Numbered from the whole stretch's first letter, positions 50,314 through 59,825 are shown. The stretch: DNA of 63,989 bases, filler included, from an uncultured bacterium (GCA_964637655.1; 7 parts of 7 records of this genome joined end to end with filler, not necessarily neighbours in it), one strand, 5' to 3'. Notes: generated from the letters alone by a model not told the origin. Made by a program: numbers and translations.

Positions 50314-51020
50314 AACCGCAGGCGGCGCGGGCGCTGTTGCAGCAGGGAATTGCCCTGCTGCGCGAACGCGAGTACCCCGAGGCGGCACAGGCGCTCACGG
50401 CGCATCTCGCCGCGCATCCCCGCGACAGCGAGGCGCTCTTCTACAGCGGGTTGTGCGCCGCCAACCTCGCCGAGGACGACCGCGCGGTGGAACATCTCGA
50501 GCGGGCGCTGGCGGGCGGGGTCGACGATGCGCAACGGCGGCAGGCGCTGGGGGTGCTCGGCTACCTCTTCGGGCGGCAGGAGGAACATGACCTCGCGCTG
50601 CACTATTTCGAGCAGCTGCTCGCGCTCGACCCGGAGAGCGTGACGGCGCGCTCGGGCATCGGCTATGCCGCCTTCGCCCGCGGCGATACCGGGCGCGCCC
50701 TGCGGATGTTCACCGAGGCGCTGGAGCGCCGCCCGCAGGATGCCTCGCTGCGCAACGCGCTCGGCTACGTCTACCTCGAGGGGAAGCACGATATCGCGCG
50801 GGCGCTGCAGGAGTGCACCGCGGCGCTTGCACTTGACCGCACCAACGGGGCAATCTACGATTCACTGGCATGGGCGTACCACCGGCAGGGTGACGCGGCG
50901 CAGGCGCGCACGCATATCGAGCGCGCGCGGCAGCTGCTGCCGCACCACCCGCTGGTCGAGGAGCATTACCGGGCGATTGCCGGCACTGCGGTGCCGGGGG
51001 AAACGGAGAAGGCGACATGA
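50301..51020 (+). CDS. TPR protein
   Basis: Multiple TPRs (NALGYVY, DSLAWAY). Confidence 0.85.
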   Translation: MAVVKPQAARALLQQGIALLREREYPEAAQALTAHLAAHPRDSEALFYSGLCAANLAEDDRAVEHLERALAGGVDDAQRRQALGVLGYLFGRQEEHDLALHYFEQLLALDPESVTARSGIGYAAFARGDTGRALRMFTEALERRPQDASLRNALGYVYLEGKHDIARALQECTAALALDRTNGAIYDSLAWAYHRQGDAAQARTHIERARQLLPHHPLVEEHYRAIAGTAVPGETEKAT

Positions 51021-51916
51021 AGACGCGCTGGGGTGTGGCGTTCGGCCTGCTGGTGGCCGGGTGCCTCGCGGTGGTGCTGGGTATTGAACTGGTGGTGCTG
51101 CTCGTCGGCGGCTTGGGCGGGAGCAGCGTGTCGCTGCCGGGGATGAAGAAGATCGCGCTGCTGACCGTGGACGGGGTCATCTTCGACACCTCGCGGCAGA
51201 TCGAATTCGTCAACGAGCAGCGCGAGGACGACGCGGTCAAGGCGCTGGTGCTGCGCATCGATTCGCCGGGGGGCGGCGCGGCCGCTTCACAGGAATTGTT
51301 CCGCGAGCTGATGAAGTTCAGGGAGACGGGCCGGCCGGTCATCGCCAGCGTCGGGGCGCTCGGCGCCTCGGGCGGCTACTACCTCGCCGCGGCCGCTGAT
51401 ACCATCTACGTCGCCGAGTGCTCGCAGGTCGGCAGCATCGGCGTGATCATGGATTTCTACAACATCAGCGAGGTGCTGCGCAAGATCGGCCTCGCCCCGC
51501 GCACGTTTACCGCCGGGACGATGAAGGACGTGCCGAGCGCGACGCGCGACATGAGCGACACCGAGCGGCAGTACGTGCAGGGGATCCTCGACGACGTGCA
51601 TGACCAGTTCATCAGCGATATCTGCCGCGGGCGCGACATGGAACGCGTCGTGCTCGAACCGCTCGCCGACGGGCGCGTCTATACCGGGCGGCAGGCGCTG
51701 GCGTTCGGGCTGGTGGATGCCTATGGCACGCTCGACGATGCCAAGGCGGCGGCCGCCGCGGCCGCGGGGATCAGCGGCGAGCCGCGCTACACGGAATATA
51801 AGCCGCCCGAGCAGAAAGGGCTGCTGCAGCTGCTGACCACGTTCGGGGAACGCCTGCATGCGCTGCTCCCGCCGCCGCAGGTCAACGGCGGCCTGCGCTT
51901 CCAGTACGCGCCATGA
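51017..51916 (+). CDS. sppA: Signal peptide peptidase SppA (S49)
   Basis: LRIDSPGG, GASGGYYLA, GSIGVI, DGRVYTGRQA..GLVD. Confidence 0.95.
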   Translation: MKTRWGVAFGLLVAGCLAVVLGIELVVLLVGGLGGSSVSLPGMKKIALLTVDGVIFDTSRQIEFVNEQREDDAVKALVLRIDSPGGGAAASQELFRELMKFRETGRPVIASVGALGASGGYYLAAAADTIYVAECSQVGSIGVIMDFYNISEVLRKIGLAPRTFTAGTMKDVPSATRDMSDTERQYVQGILDDVHDQFISDICRGRDMERVVLEPLADGRVYTGRQALAFGLVDAYGTLDDAKAAAAAAAGISGEPRYTEYKPPEQKGLLQLLTTFGERLHALLPPPQVNGGLRFQYAP

Positions 51917-52437
51917 ACACCTGCACGGTTTGCGGCCACGCGGTGCGCCGCGAGTCGCAGTTCTGCACCGCCTGCGGGACCATGGTGCCGCACGAGAGCG
52001 CACCGGCGGCAGTGGCGCCGGCATCGGCACCGGCGGCCGCGACCCCGCTCGCGCCGCGCGCGACCGGGCGGAGCTTCGGTCCCGCGCTGCTGCTGCACAT
52101 GGTCTATCCCGGGGCCGGGCTGCTCTATGCCGAGGCGGCCGCGCTCGGCACGGCGATGATCCTCGTCACCACGGTTGGACTCGGGTGGGGGACGGTGGCG
52201 TTGTGGCGCGGCCTGCGCGCGGCGCTGCAGCAGCAGAGCGCGCTGGCGGAACGGGGATTCGCACTGCTGGTTTTTCTCGGTGTGCTGCTGCTCTGGGGTG
52301 CGGGTATCGGTATGACGAAGCGCGCGGTGGCGGCGTACAACGCCGGACGCGTCGCGCATGGCGGGCGCGTCCTGCTGCTCATTATCTGGGAACTGCTGGC
52401 CCTGGTCGCGGTCACCGGGCTGCTGCTGGTGCGCTGA
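51913..52437 (+). CDS. Zinc-ribbon membrane protein
   Basis: CTVCG...FCTACG plus TM helices. Confidence 0.7.
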   Translation: MNTCTVCGHAVRRESQFCTACGTMVPHESAPAAVAPASAPAAATPLAPRATGRSFGPALLLHMVYPGAGLLYAEAAALGTAMILVTTVGLGWGTVALWRGLRAALQQQSALAERGFALLVFLGVLLLWGAGIGMTKRAVAAYNAGRVAHGGRVLLLIIWELLALVAVTGLLLVR

Positions 52438-52438
52438 G

Positions 52439-52930
52439 ATGGGCCCGGTCGCGCTCTACCCCGGCAGTTTCGACCCCGTCACCTTCGGGCACCTCGATAT
52501 CATCCGCCGTGCCGCGCCGCTGTACGCCACGCTCCATGTCGCGGTGCTGCGCCACCCCGACAAGCAGACGCTGTTCAATGAGGCGGAGCGCGTGGCGATG
52601 ATCACGCAGGCGACGCACGACCTGCCCAACGTGCGGGTCAGCGCGTTTGGCGGCCTGCTGGTCGACTACGCGCGGCAGTGCGGGGCCACGGTCATCGTCC
52701 GCGGCCTGCGCGCCATCACCGATTTCGAGTACGAGTTCCAGATGGCGCAGATGAACCGCACGCTGGCACCCGCCATCGACACGGTCTTCCTCATGACCGC
52801 CCAGCAGTATGCCTATGTCAGTTCGCGCGTGGTGAAGGAAATCGCCCGCTTTGGCGGCGATATCTCGGCACTGGTGACGCCCGCGGTGGCGGCGCAGGTG
52901 CGCGACCGCATCCGGAAGGAAAAACCATGA
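52439..52930 (+). CDS. coaD: Phosphopantetheine adenylyltransferase
   Basis: [38 protein letters not shown]. Confidence 0.97.
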   Translation: MGPVALYPGSFDPVTFGHLDIIRRAAPLYATLHVAVLRHPDKQTLFNEAERVAMITQATHDLPNVRVSAFGGLLVDYARQCGATVIVRGLRAITDFEYEFQMAQMNRTLAPAIDTVFLMTAQQYAYVSSRVVKEIARFGGDISALVTPAVAAQVRDRIRKEKP

Positions 52931-53925
52931 ACCCGATCATGCAGGCCATCCACGACACGGCGCGACGCAAGCAGAAGCGACTCGTCCTCCCCGAGGGGGA
53001 GGATGTGCGCACGCTGCAGGCGGCGCAGCGCCTCCGCACGGAGAAACTCGCGGCGGAAGTGATCATCTTCGGCGAAGCGGCGGCGCTCACGGCGGCGGCA
53101 CAGGCGGCGGGGGCCGACCTGACGGGGTGCACCTTCGTGCAGCCGGCCAGTGACCCGCGCCTGACAGCGTACGCGGCGCTGCTGCATGAGCGGCGCCAGG
53201 CGAAGGGGATGACGGAGGAGAAGGCGCTGGCGGCGGCGGCGCAACCGCTCATGTTCGGGGCGCTGATGGTGCAGGCGGGTGACGCCGACGGCATGGTCTC
53301 GGGTGCGGTCAACACCACCGGGGACCTGATCCGCGCCGCGCTCTTCGGCATCGGCACGCGTCCGGGCATCCCGATCATTTCCAGCTACTTCATCATGCTC
53401 TCCCCGCGTGCGGAATTCGGGGAGCAGGGGGCGGTGCTCTTCGCCGACTGCGCCGTGGTGCAGGCACCGACGGCGGAGCAGCTGGCGGCCATCGCGCGCA
53501 GCACGGCCGACTCGGCCCGCCGCCTGCTCGGCTGGGAGCCGCGGGTCGCCATGCTTTCGTACTCGACCAAGGGGAGCGCGCAACACGAACTGGTCGACAA
53601 GGTCAGGGCGGCGACGGAACTGGTGCGGCAGCAGGAACCGGGGCTGCTCGTCGACGGGGAGCTGCAGGCGGACGCCGCGCTGGTCGCCGCCGTCGGGGCG
53701 CGCAAGTGCGCGGGGAGTCCCGTGGCGGGCAACGCCAACATTCTCATCTTCCCCGATCTCAATGCGGGCAACATCGGCTACAAACTGGTCGAGCGCCTCG
53801 GCGGGGCGGAGGCCATCGGGCCTATCCTGCAGGGGCTCAACAAGCCGGTCAATGACCTGTCGCGCGGCTGCAAGGTGGATGACATCGTCAATGTCGCCGC
53901 GGTCACGGCGGCGAGCAGCGACTGA
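52927..53925 (+). CDS. pta: Phosphate acetyltransferase
   Basis: [61 protein letters not shown]. Confidence 0.97.
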   Translation: MNPIMQAIHDTARRKQKRLVLPEGEDVRTLQAAQRLRTEKLAAEVIIFGEAAALTAAAQAAGADLTGCTFVQPASDPRLTAYAALLHERRQAKGMTEEKALAAAAQPLMFGALMVQAGDADGMVSGAVNTTGDLIRAALFGIGTRPGIPIISSYFIMLSPRAEFGEQGAVLFADCAVVQAPTAEQLAAIARSTADSARRLLGWEPRVAMLSYSTKGSAQHELVDKVRAATELVRQQEPGLLVDGELQADAALVAAVGARKCAGSPVAGNANILIFPDLNAGNIGYKLVERLGGAEAIGPILQGLNKPVNDLSRGCKVDDIVNVAAVTAASSD

Positions 53926-53926
53926 C

Positions 53927-54688
53927 ATGTTCCGGCGCTGGCGGCTGGCGGCCGGCGCGCTGCTGCTGCTGGGCGGCTGCCAGCTGACGGTTGAACCGCT
54001 CGATGAGTCGGTGCCGCGCTTCCTCACCGGCACCGGCCGCGAGCGGCAGTACCGTTCCTACCCGAACGCGGCGGCGGCGGTGCAGGCCGCGCTCGGCGCA
54101 CAGGCGGTGGTTGCGCAGCGCTGGCGCATCCAGAATGATGCCGAATTTACCGCCGCCACCGGCACGGGGCGACCGGCCGCGCTCGAACTCCTCTGCCGCA
54201 TCGGCATGGACGGCCGCTGGTTTATCGCGGCAGCCCGCCCGGTACCGGACGACACCAGCGCCGTGCGGATACCGGCACAGTTCCCGGAAATTGACCGGCT
54301 CGGCCTGCAGCCCGCTGCCTGGAACGGGGCGGGCACCCCGCAGCCGCTCCCCGACGACGAACGCTGGCGGCTGGCGGCTGACCTCGTGGCGCGCTGGTGC
54401 GCGGCGCTGCCGCGGGGTGACGCGGCACCGCTCGTTTCACCCGACGGCTATCGCACCACCTACTACCGCTTTTTTTCGCCGGCCGCACGACGTACGCTGG
54501 CCGGCGCCACGCCGGGCGGCGCGTGGGGGGTGAGTGCGGACGGTGAACTGCAGTTTGCGGCAACTGTGCGCCGTACCTGGGCGGGAACCGCGTCGGTGCA
54601 GCCGCTGCTGCTGCTGGTGGTGTTCGACGGGGAGCGGCCCGTCATCGGCGCGATTCACTGCGGCCCGGTGCAGGGGGTGCGCGCCTGA
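53927..54688 (+). CDS. Hypothetical lipoprotein
   Basis: Lipobox LLGG-C. Confidence 0.65.
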   Translation: MFRRWRLAAGALLLLGGCQLTVEPLDESVPRFLTGTGRERQYRSYPNAAAAVQAALGAQAVVAQRWRIQNDAEFTAATGTGRPAALELLCRIGMDGRWFIAAARPVPDDTSAVRIPAQFPEIDRLGLQPAAWNGAGTPQPLPDDERWRLAADLVARWCAALPRGDAAPLVSPDGYRTTYYRFFSPAARRTLAGATPGGAWGVSADGELQFAATVRRTWAGTASVQPLLLLVVFDGERPVIGAIHCGPVQGVRA

Positions 54689-54693
54689 GCACG

Positions 54694-55515
54694 ATGCTGC
54701 GTGCCGCCGCGGTGCAGCTCGCGTCCGGCAGTGACCCGCAGCAGAATCTTGAGCGGATTGGCGTGCAGGTGCGCGCGGCGGCAGCAGCGGGGGCGCGGCT
54801 GGTGGTGCTGCCGGAGAACTGCCTCTACCGCGGGCCGCAGGAACACCTGCCGGCGGTCGCGCGTGCGGCGGTCCCCGCGCTGCGCGAGGCGTGCGCCCAG
54901 CTGGCCCGCGCGCACGCGCTCTGGCTGGTTGCGGGCGGTGTGCCGCTGCCGCAGGACGACAAGGTGGCCAATACCGCGCTCGTCTATAACCCGGCGGGCG
55001 ACTGCACGGCGCAGTACCGCAAACTGCACCTGTTCGATGTCGACCTCGGGGAGACACTGTGCCGCCGCGAATCGGACCATTTCGTCGCGGGTGACGAGGT
55101 CGGCATGAGTGTTATCGACGGCATCGTCACCGGGCTGGCCATCTGCTACGACCTGCGCTTCAGCGAACTGTTCCGCCGGCAGAGCGGCGGCGGGGCGGAA
55201 CTCTGCCTGCTCCCTGCCGATTTCACCCTGCATACCGGACGCGCGCACTGGGATATCCTGGTACGCGCCCGCGCCATCGAAAACCAGTTCTTCCTGATTG
55301 CGCCCAACCAGGCGGGGAGCGTGCCGCAGGGCGGGGAAAGCTACGGCCATTCGCTCATCGTCGGGCCGTGGGGCGAGGTGCTCGCCGCCTGTGGTGACGA
55401 GACGGAAGGGCTCGCGGTGGCCGACCTTGATTTCGCCTACCTGCGCCGCGTGCGGGCGGAACTTCCGGTGCTCACCCACCGTCGTCCGCTGCGCGGGGGA
55501 CTGCTGCGCCCGTGA
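54694..55515 (+). CDS. Carbon-nitrogen hydrolase (Nit1/nitrilase family)
   Basis: E-K-C triad: LPEN, YRKLHLFDV, ICYDLRF; RARAIENQ; GHSLIVGPWG. Confidence 0.93.
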   Translation: MLRAAAVQLASGSDPQQNLERIGVQVRAAAAAGARLVVLPENCLYRGPQEHLPAVARAAVPALREACAQLARAHALWLVAGGVPLPQDDKVANTALVYNPAGDCTAQYRKLHLFDVDLGETLCRRESDHFVAGDEVGMSVIDGIVTGLAICYDLRFSELFRRQSGGGAELCLLPADFTLHTGRAHWDILVRARAIENQFFLIAPNQAGSVPQGGESYGHSLIVGPWGEVLAACGDETEGLAVADLDFAYLRRVRAELPVLTHRRPLRGGLLRP

Positions 55516-56519
55516 GCAGCGCCGCCCACTGGCGGCGTGAGGGGGACACCGTGGTCTGCGGGCTCTGCCCGCATGGCTGCCGCCTGCGCGAGGGACAGTG
55601 CGGGCGTTGCGGGGTGCGGCAGGCGCGCGGGGGTGAACTCCATTCGCTGAATGACGGCATACTCGCCGCGGCGTCAGCCGACCCGGTGGAAAAAAAGCCG
55701 CTCTACCATTTCCTTCCCGGAAGCATGATCTTTTCCGTCGCCGCCCCCGGGTGCAATTTCACCTGTGCGCAATGCCAGAACTGGCAGCTGTCGGACGATC
55801 CGCGCCGGACCGGGCGTATCGACGGGGAACGGGCGACCGCAGCTGAAGTGGTGGCGGCTGCCCGTCGCAGCGACTGCCCGTCACTGGCCTACACCTATTC
55901 CGAGCCGACCGTGTGGTTCGAGTACCTGCTGGCGATGGCACGTGGTGCCCGGGAGGCGGGACTGCGCAACGCGGTGGTCAGCAATGCCTACATCAGCGCG
56001 GCGCCTCGGGCGGAACTGCTGCCGCTGCTCGATGCCGCCAATTATGACCTCAAGAGTTTCCGCGATGACACCTACCGCCGCGTCTATGGCGGGACGCTGG
56101 CCCCGGTGCTCGAAACGATTGCGGCCGCCGTGGCTGCCGGGGTCTGGGTCGAGGTGACTACGCTGGTCATCCCGACGGTCAACGACAGCGATGATGAACT
56201 GCGCGCCATCGCGCAGTGGCTGGCAGCGCTGTCGGTGGATATCCCGTGGCATGTCAGCGCCTTTTATCCGACGCATCGTCTGACCGAGGTGCCCTTCACG
56301 CCGCCAGCAACGCTGCAGCGCGCGCGGGCCGTCGGACTGGCGGCGGGTCTGCGCTCTGTCTACACCGGCAATGTCGCGGATGCGGCGGGAAGCACCACGG
56401 TCTGCCCTGCCTGCGGGGCGGCAGTCGTCGTCCGTGACGGGTTTCGCGTGACGGATCTGCGGTTGCGTGACGGGAAATGTGCGGCCTGCGGCGCAACGAT
56501 TGCCGGGGTCTGGCGGTAG
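55512..56519 (+). CDS. amrS: AmmeMemoRadiSam system radical SAM enzyme
   Basis: CGLCPHGC, DPVEKKPLYHFLPG, GCNFTCAQCQNW (CxxxCxxC), YTYSEP, YTGNV. Confidence 0.92.
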   Translation: MSSAAHWRREGDTVVCGLCPHGCRLREGQCGRCGVRQARGGELHSLNDGILAAASADPVEKKPLYHFLPGSMIFSVAAPGCNFTCAQCQNWQLSDDPRRTGRIDGERATAAEVVAAARRSDCPSLAYTYSEPTVWFEYLLAMARGAREAGLRNAVVSNAYISAAPRAELLPLLDAANYDLKSFRDDTYRRVYGGTLAPVLETIAAAVAAGVWVEVTTLVIPTVNDSDDELRAIAQWLAALSVDIPWHVSAFYPTHRLTEVPFTPPATLQRARAVGLAAGLRSVYTGNVADAAGSTTVCPACGAAVVVRDGFRVTDLRLRDGKCAACGATIAGVWR

Positions 56520-56552
56520 CGGGTACGCTTCTGGCAGGGTGTCAGGCAGGGG

Positions 56553-56660
56553 CAAGAGAGCAGGAGGAGCGCGTAAACCGGCAGTGGGTGGTGTACCGCA
56601 GTGCGCGACTCCGGCAGCGCATCAGGCAACCGCAGCAGAGGAGGAGGAGCGCAGAAAAAA
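56553..56660. repeat. Intergenic element, copy A
   Basis: AGGAGCGC at 56565 and 56645 (80 bp apart), central GTGCGCGACT; similar to 57840-57947. Confidence 0.6.
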
Positions 56661-56689
56661 CCCGGCGGTGGATTCACCGCCGGGCTTTT
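56655..56689. terminator. Bidirectional intrinsic terminator
   Basis: AAAAAA-CCCGGCGGTG-gatt-CACCGCCGGG-CTTTT between convergent genes. Confidence 0.88.
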
Positions 56690-56707
56690 GCGTGTCGCTG
56701 AACGACG

Positions 56708-57028
56708 TTACTTTTTGCCCTTCTTGGCCTTCTTGACGGCTTTCTTCGCGACTTTCTTGGCGGCCTTTTTCGCCGGCTTCTTCGCCGCCTTTTTGGCCTT
56801 GCGCGTCCCGCCCCGCTTCATCGCCGAGCGCGCGACATTGCCGCCCTTGTCGATGAAATACAGGAAGCCGTCCTCGCGCTTCACGCCGGCGGCGGCGACC
56901 ACTTCAACCTTGCCGCCCTTCTGACCCGCGCGGGCCATCTTGGCGCGTGCCACATTGCCCTTCTTGTCGAGGAAATACAGATACCCCTTTTCCTTCTTGA
57001 CGCCGACCTTCGCGACTACCTGTGCCAT
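56708..57028 (-). CDS. Small basic duplicated-repeat protein with histone H1-like Lys/Ala tail
   Basis: Two repeats V.VVA..GVK.E.G(Y/F)LYF.DK.GNVAR..M.R.G plus AKKAAKKPAKK tail; SD GGAGGGG. Confidence 0.85.
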   Translation of the reverse strand: MAQVVAKVGVKKEKGYLYFLDKKGNVARAKMARAGQKGGKVEVVAAAGVKREDGFLYFIDKGGNVARSAMKRGGTRKAKKAAKKPAKKAAKKVAKKAVKKAKKGKK

Positions 57029-57075
57029 GTGTTCCCCTCCCGAAAAATTGGTTGCGTCGACGACGCATTGCACTG

Positions 57076-57103
57076 ATTATAGCATAAATTCCGGTTTTGT
57101 CAA
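57076..57103 (-). promoter_or_regulatory. Strong sigma70 promoter for the basic protein
   Basis: TTGACA-N16-TATAAT with extended TG and an A-rich UP-like tract. Confidence 0.8.
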
Positions 57104-57320
57104 GTGTTTTTTGCAATTTCAGCGACGGGGGAGCCGACCCGCCCCGACGGGGGAAACCGGGCGCGGTGCGATTGGCCGGCAGCGACGGGAAAACGGGGGG
57201 TTCCGTCGGGAAAATCCGCCCCGCCGGCAGCGACGGGGCGGGGTGGCGCGGACCGGAAAAATCGGCTATCATGCGGTTGTGGCGGGGCGGCACGACCGGC
57301 CCGCCCGCAGGAGGAGCAGC

Positions 57321-57806
57321 ATGGAGCTGCTGACGGTGGCGGTACAGAACCCGGAGGCGCACAACCTGATTTTCGGGCAGGCGCACTTCATCAAGACGGT
57401 GGAGGACCTGCACGAGGCGCTGATCACTGCCGTTCCCGGCATCCGGTTCGGGGTGGCATTCTGCGAGGCGTCGGGGCCCTGTCTGGTGCGGGTCAGCGGG
57501 ACCGACCAGGCGCTGCAGGACCTCGCCCGCGACAACGCGCTCGCTGTCGGGGCCGGGCACACCTTTTTCATCTTCCTGGGCAATGCCTTCCCCGTCAACG
57601 TACTCAATGCCGTCAAGCAGGTGCCCGAGGTGGCGTGCGTCTTCTGTGCCACGGCCAATCCCGTGACAGTGGTGGTGGCGCAGACGGGGCAGGGGCGCGG
57701 GGTGCTCGGGGTTATCGACGGGGAATCACCGAAAGGGGTGGAAGGAGACGGGGACAAGGCGGAGCGTCTCGCGCTGCTGCGGAAGTTCGGCTACAAGCTC
57801 GGCTGA
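57321..57806 (+). CDS. Adenosine-specific kinase family protein
   Basis: NLIFGQAHFIKTVEDL, FGVAFCEASG, GAGHTF, VPEV..VFCATANP, GRGVLGVIDG, GYK. Confidence 0.88.
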   Translation: MELLTVAVQNPEAHNLIFGQAHFIKTVEDLHEALITAVPGIRFGVAFCEASGPCLVRVSGTDQALQDLARDNALAVGAGHTFFIFLGNAFPVNVLNAVKQVPEVACVFCATANPVTVVVAQTGQGRGVLGVIDGESPKGVEGDGDKAERLALLRKFGYKLG

Positions 57807-57839
57807 GATCTGCTGAGGGGAACCGCGTATGCTGACGGG

Positions 57840-57947
57840 AAAACGACAGCAGGAGCGCGTTGTACGGTTGCTACCGCCGCGCGCGGTGCGCGACTGCAGC
57901 AGCAACGCATGCTGATGGCAAAACGACAGCAGGAGCGCGTAAAAAAA
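57840..57947. repeat. Intergenic element, copy B, with 21-bp direct repeats
   Basis: AAAACGACAGCAGGAGCGCGT exact at 57840-57860 and 57920-57940; central GTGCGCGACT. Confidence 0.7.
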
Positions 57948-57973
57948 GCGCCGGGGAGCACTCTCCCCGGCGC
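57941..57973 (-). terminator. Intrinsic terminator
   Basis: A7 followed by GCGCCGGGGAG-cact-CTCCCCGGCGC hairpin. Confidence 0.85.
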
Positions 57974-58011
57974 CCAGGCCCGCAGGGGGCCTGCTTTGAC
58001 ATGATTCGAAC

Positions 58012-58224
58012 TTAGGCCGCTTTGCGCACGCTGCCGATACCGTGCCGCGCCAGCAGCATTTTCACTTTGTCCTCAACCAGGTCCAGGCCGTTGGGCTGTT
58101 CGAGCAGCTGCGCGTCCTTCCCGAGCACATCAGCGAAATGCGTGCGGATGTAGGCAATCATCCGCGTGCGGAACTCGGCGTCAGTCGCCGGGGCGTACAG
58201 CGGATTATCAACCGGAATCATCAT
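58012..58224 (-). CDS. Small hypothetical protein
   Basis: MMIPVDNPLY...; SD GGGAGGG; followed by a terminator. Confidence 0.6.
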   Translation of the reverse strand: MMIPVDNPLYAPATDAEFRTRMIAYIRTHFADVLGKDAQLLEQPNGLDLVEDKVKMLLARHGIGSVRKAA

Positions 58225-58356
58225 GGGGTTTCCCTCCCTTCCTCGTGGCGTCACCGCCTCCCGCGGTGCGGGCGGAACTGCCTGTCCGCCATCTGTCTTA
58301 TCGGCAGGCGGAGCAGACACCTTGAGCGGAGGAGGAACAGCGACGGAAAGAAAGGA

Positions 58357-58701
58357 CTACAGGGTGCCGAAAATGCGGTCGCCGGCGTCACCGAGGCCGG
58401 GGATGATGTAGCCCCGCTCGTCGAGTTCCGGGTCGACCGCGGCGGTGAAGATGTGGACGTCGGGATGGTCGCGCGTGACCCGGTCGATCCCCTGCGGGGT
58501 GGCGAGCAGCGACATGTACCGGATCTCCCTGCCGCCGCGCGCCTTGACCAGCTTGATGGCGGCGCTGACCGAGTTGCCGGTGGCGAGCATCGGGTCGACG
58601 ATGATGACCTCGCGCGAGTCGATGTCGGTGGGCATTTTGCAGTAATCCTCGACCGGCTCGAGTGTGTCGGGGTCGCGGTAAAGTCCGCTGTGCCCGACCT
58701 T
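58357..58701 (-). CDS. upp: Uracil phosphoribosyltransferase (5' truncated)
   Basis: [43 protein letters not shown]. Confidence 0.96.
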   Translation of the reverse strand, partial: KVGHSGLYRDPDTLEPVEDYCKMPTDIDSREVIIVDPMLATGNSVSAAIKLVKARGGREIRYMSLLATPQGIDRVTRDHPDVHIFTAAVDPELDERGYIIPGLGDAGDRIFGTL

Positions 58702-58801
58702 NNNNNNNNNNNNNNNNNNNNNNNNNNNNNNNNNNNNNNNNNNNNTTAATTAATTAANNNNNNNNNNNNNNNNNNNNNNNNNNNNNNNNNNNNNNNNNNN
58801 N
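58702..58801. other. Artificial contig linker
   Basis: N run with TTAATTAATTAA. Confidence 0.99.
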
Positions 58802-58802
58802 A

Positions 58803-59063
58803 AAATTGATGATACCACCAACAGCAAGAGAAATTGAAAATAAATATGAAGAGATCATCTCGGGACATTGTTCCAGAGAAAACGCTGATGCCTGGGCCGG
58901 GCAATGGGTGTACTCATCTAAACCACCTGAAATGGCACCGGCAATTTGGGAGGCACTGAAACTGCTCGCGGGTTGCGACCTTCGACATGGCAAAAACGAA
59001 GAATATCTCCACTCTAACGAACAAATCGCTGAATGGCTACGAGACTTCCGCCGGAAAATATGA
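58803..59063 (+). CDS. Cassette ORF 0, hypothetical protein (start uncertain at contig edge)
   Basis: AT-richer ORF (SRENADAWA...WEALKLLAGCDL...YLHS...WL) ending 13 bp before attC1. Confidence 0.6.
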   Translation, partial: KLMIPPTAREIENKYEEIISGHCSRENADAWAGQWVYSSKPPEMAPAIWEALKLLAGCDLRHGKNEEYLHSNEQIAEWLRDFRRKI

Positions 59064-59076
59064 TAAAAATACTGGC

Positions 59077-59140
59077 ACCTAACTTCGCGCGGCAGCGGGC
59101 GCGAAAAACAACAGCGCCCGCTGAGCGCTAATCGTTAGCC
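59077..59140 (+). repeat. attC site 1
   Basis: ACCTAAC...cagcgggcgc-loop-gcgcccgctg...GTTAGCC, 64 bp, imperfect palindrome. Confidence 0.88.
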
Positions 59141-59159
59141 TAATTGTGATGATGATAGA

Positions 59160-59816
59160 TTGAATGCGGGGGACATTTTGAATATTAATATTAGGTCTGG
59201 AAGCACTGTAGCGAGTCGCTTGCGCCTGTTGAAGTACGCAATAGCTGCACTATTGCTGTTTGTGTTCTTAGGTGTGGTGTACATTCCCAAAGGGATTTCC
59301 TGGATATACAGGTCCGCATGGAATGGCAATATGGCGGCAGTACGTTTGGTGTGCTGGTGGAACGGTCCTAATGCTGTCTATGGCGATTACTATTACCTAT
59401 TTCCTGCTGTGGCCGGCAGTGGAAATCTCGAAGCAGTACGATATCTTGTTGAGCGTGGTGCGGATGTGAACAGACAGAGTTATTTTAGCGGTTCGGCCTT
59501 AAGCAATGCCGCTCTGAGTGGCAATCTTGAAGTGGTTAAATTTTTGGTGGAACAAGGGTCAACCGATACGGGAGCATTGGTGCATGCGGTTGTGGAAAAT
59601 CATTTGCCCGTTGCAAAATACTTACTGGGAGAAAGCAGTATAAATTATGATACCGCGTTGCTGACTGCAATTGTGAGTTTCGCACGTGAACGTAGCGATA
59701 CGGCAATGGTAAAATATCTTGAAACAAAAATCGTACCGCTTTTGAAATCAGGAGACACGGCGGCTAACTTCGCGCCGCAGCGGGCGCAGATAACAACAGC
59801 GCCCGCTGAACGCTAA
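59160..59816 (+). CDS. Cassette ORF 1, membrane-anchored ankyrin-repeat protein
   Basis: TM; GNLEAVRYLVERGADVN, SALSNAALSGNLEVVKFLVEQG; reads into attC2. Start uncertain. Confidence 0.8.
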   Translation: MNAGDILNINIRSGSTVASRLRLLKYAIAALLLFVFLGVVYIPKGISWIYRSAWNGNMAAVRLVCWWNGPNAVYGDYYYLFPAVAGSGNLEAVRYLVERGADVNRQSYFSGSALSNAALSGNLEVVKFLVEQGSTDTGALVHAVVENHLPVAKYLLGESSINYDTALLTAIVSFARERSDTAMVKYLETKIVPLLKSGDTAANFAPQRAQITTAPAER

Positions 59817-59825
59817 TCGTTAGCC
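59762..59825 (+). repeat. attC site 2
   Basis: GGCTAAC...cagcgggcgc...gcgcccgctg...GTTAGCC, 64 bp. Confidence 0.9.

Noticed and set aside
55512-56519. amrS without adjacent amrA/amrB as a novel arrangement
   Set aside because: These genes are often dispersed, and the assembly is fragmented.
56708-57028. Naming the basic protein HU, Hc1 or archaeal CC1
   Set aside because: The repeat unit lacks the signature motifs I can recall for those families; left unnamed.
57840-57940. 21-bp direct repeat as a mini-CRISPR
   Set aside because: Only two units, non-palindromic, 59-bp spacer, no leader or cas genes.
9968-58801. Six regularly spaced TTAATTAATTAA motifs in N runs, as a biological repeat
   Set aside because: They are artificial 100-bp linkers. 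The complete contigs decrease in length (9829, 9787, 9641, 9525, 9452 bp), consistent with size-sorted concatenation, so cross-linker gene neighbourhoods were ignored.
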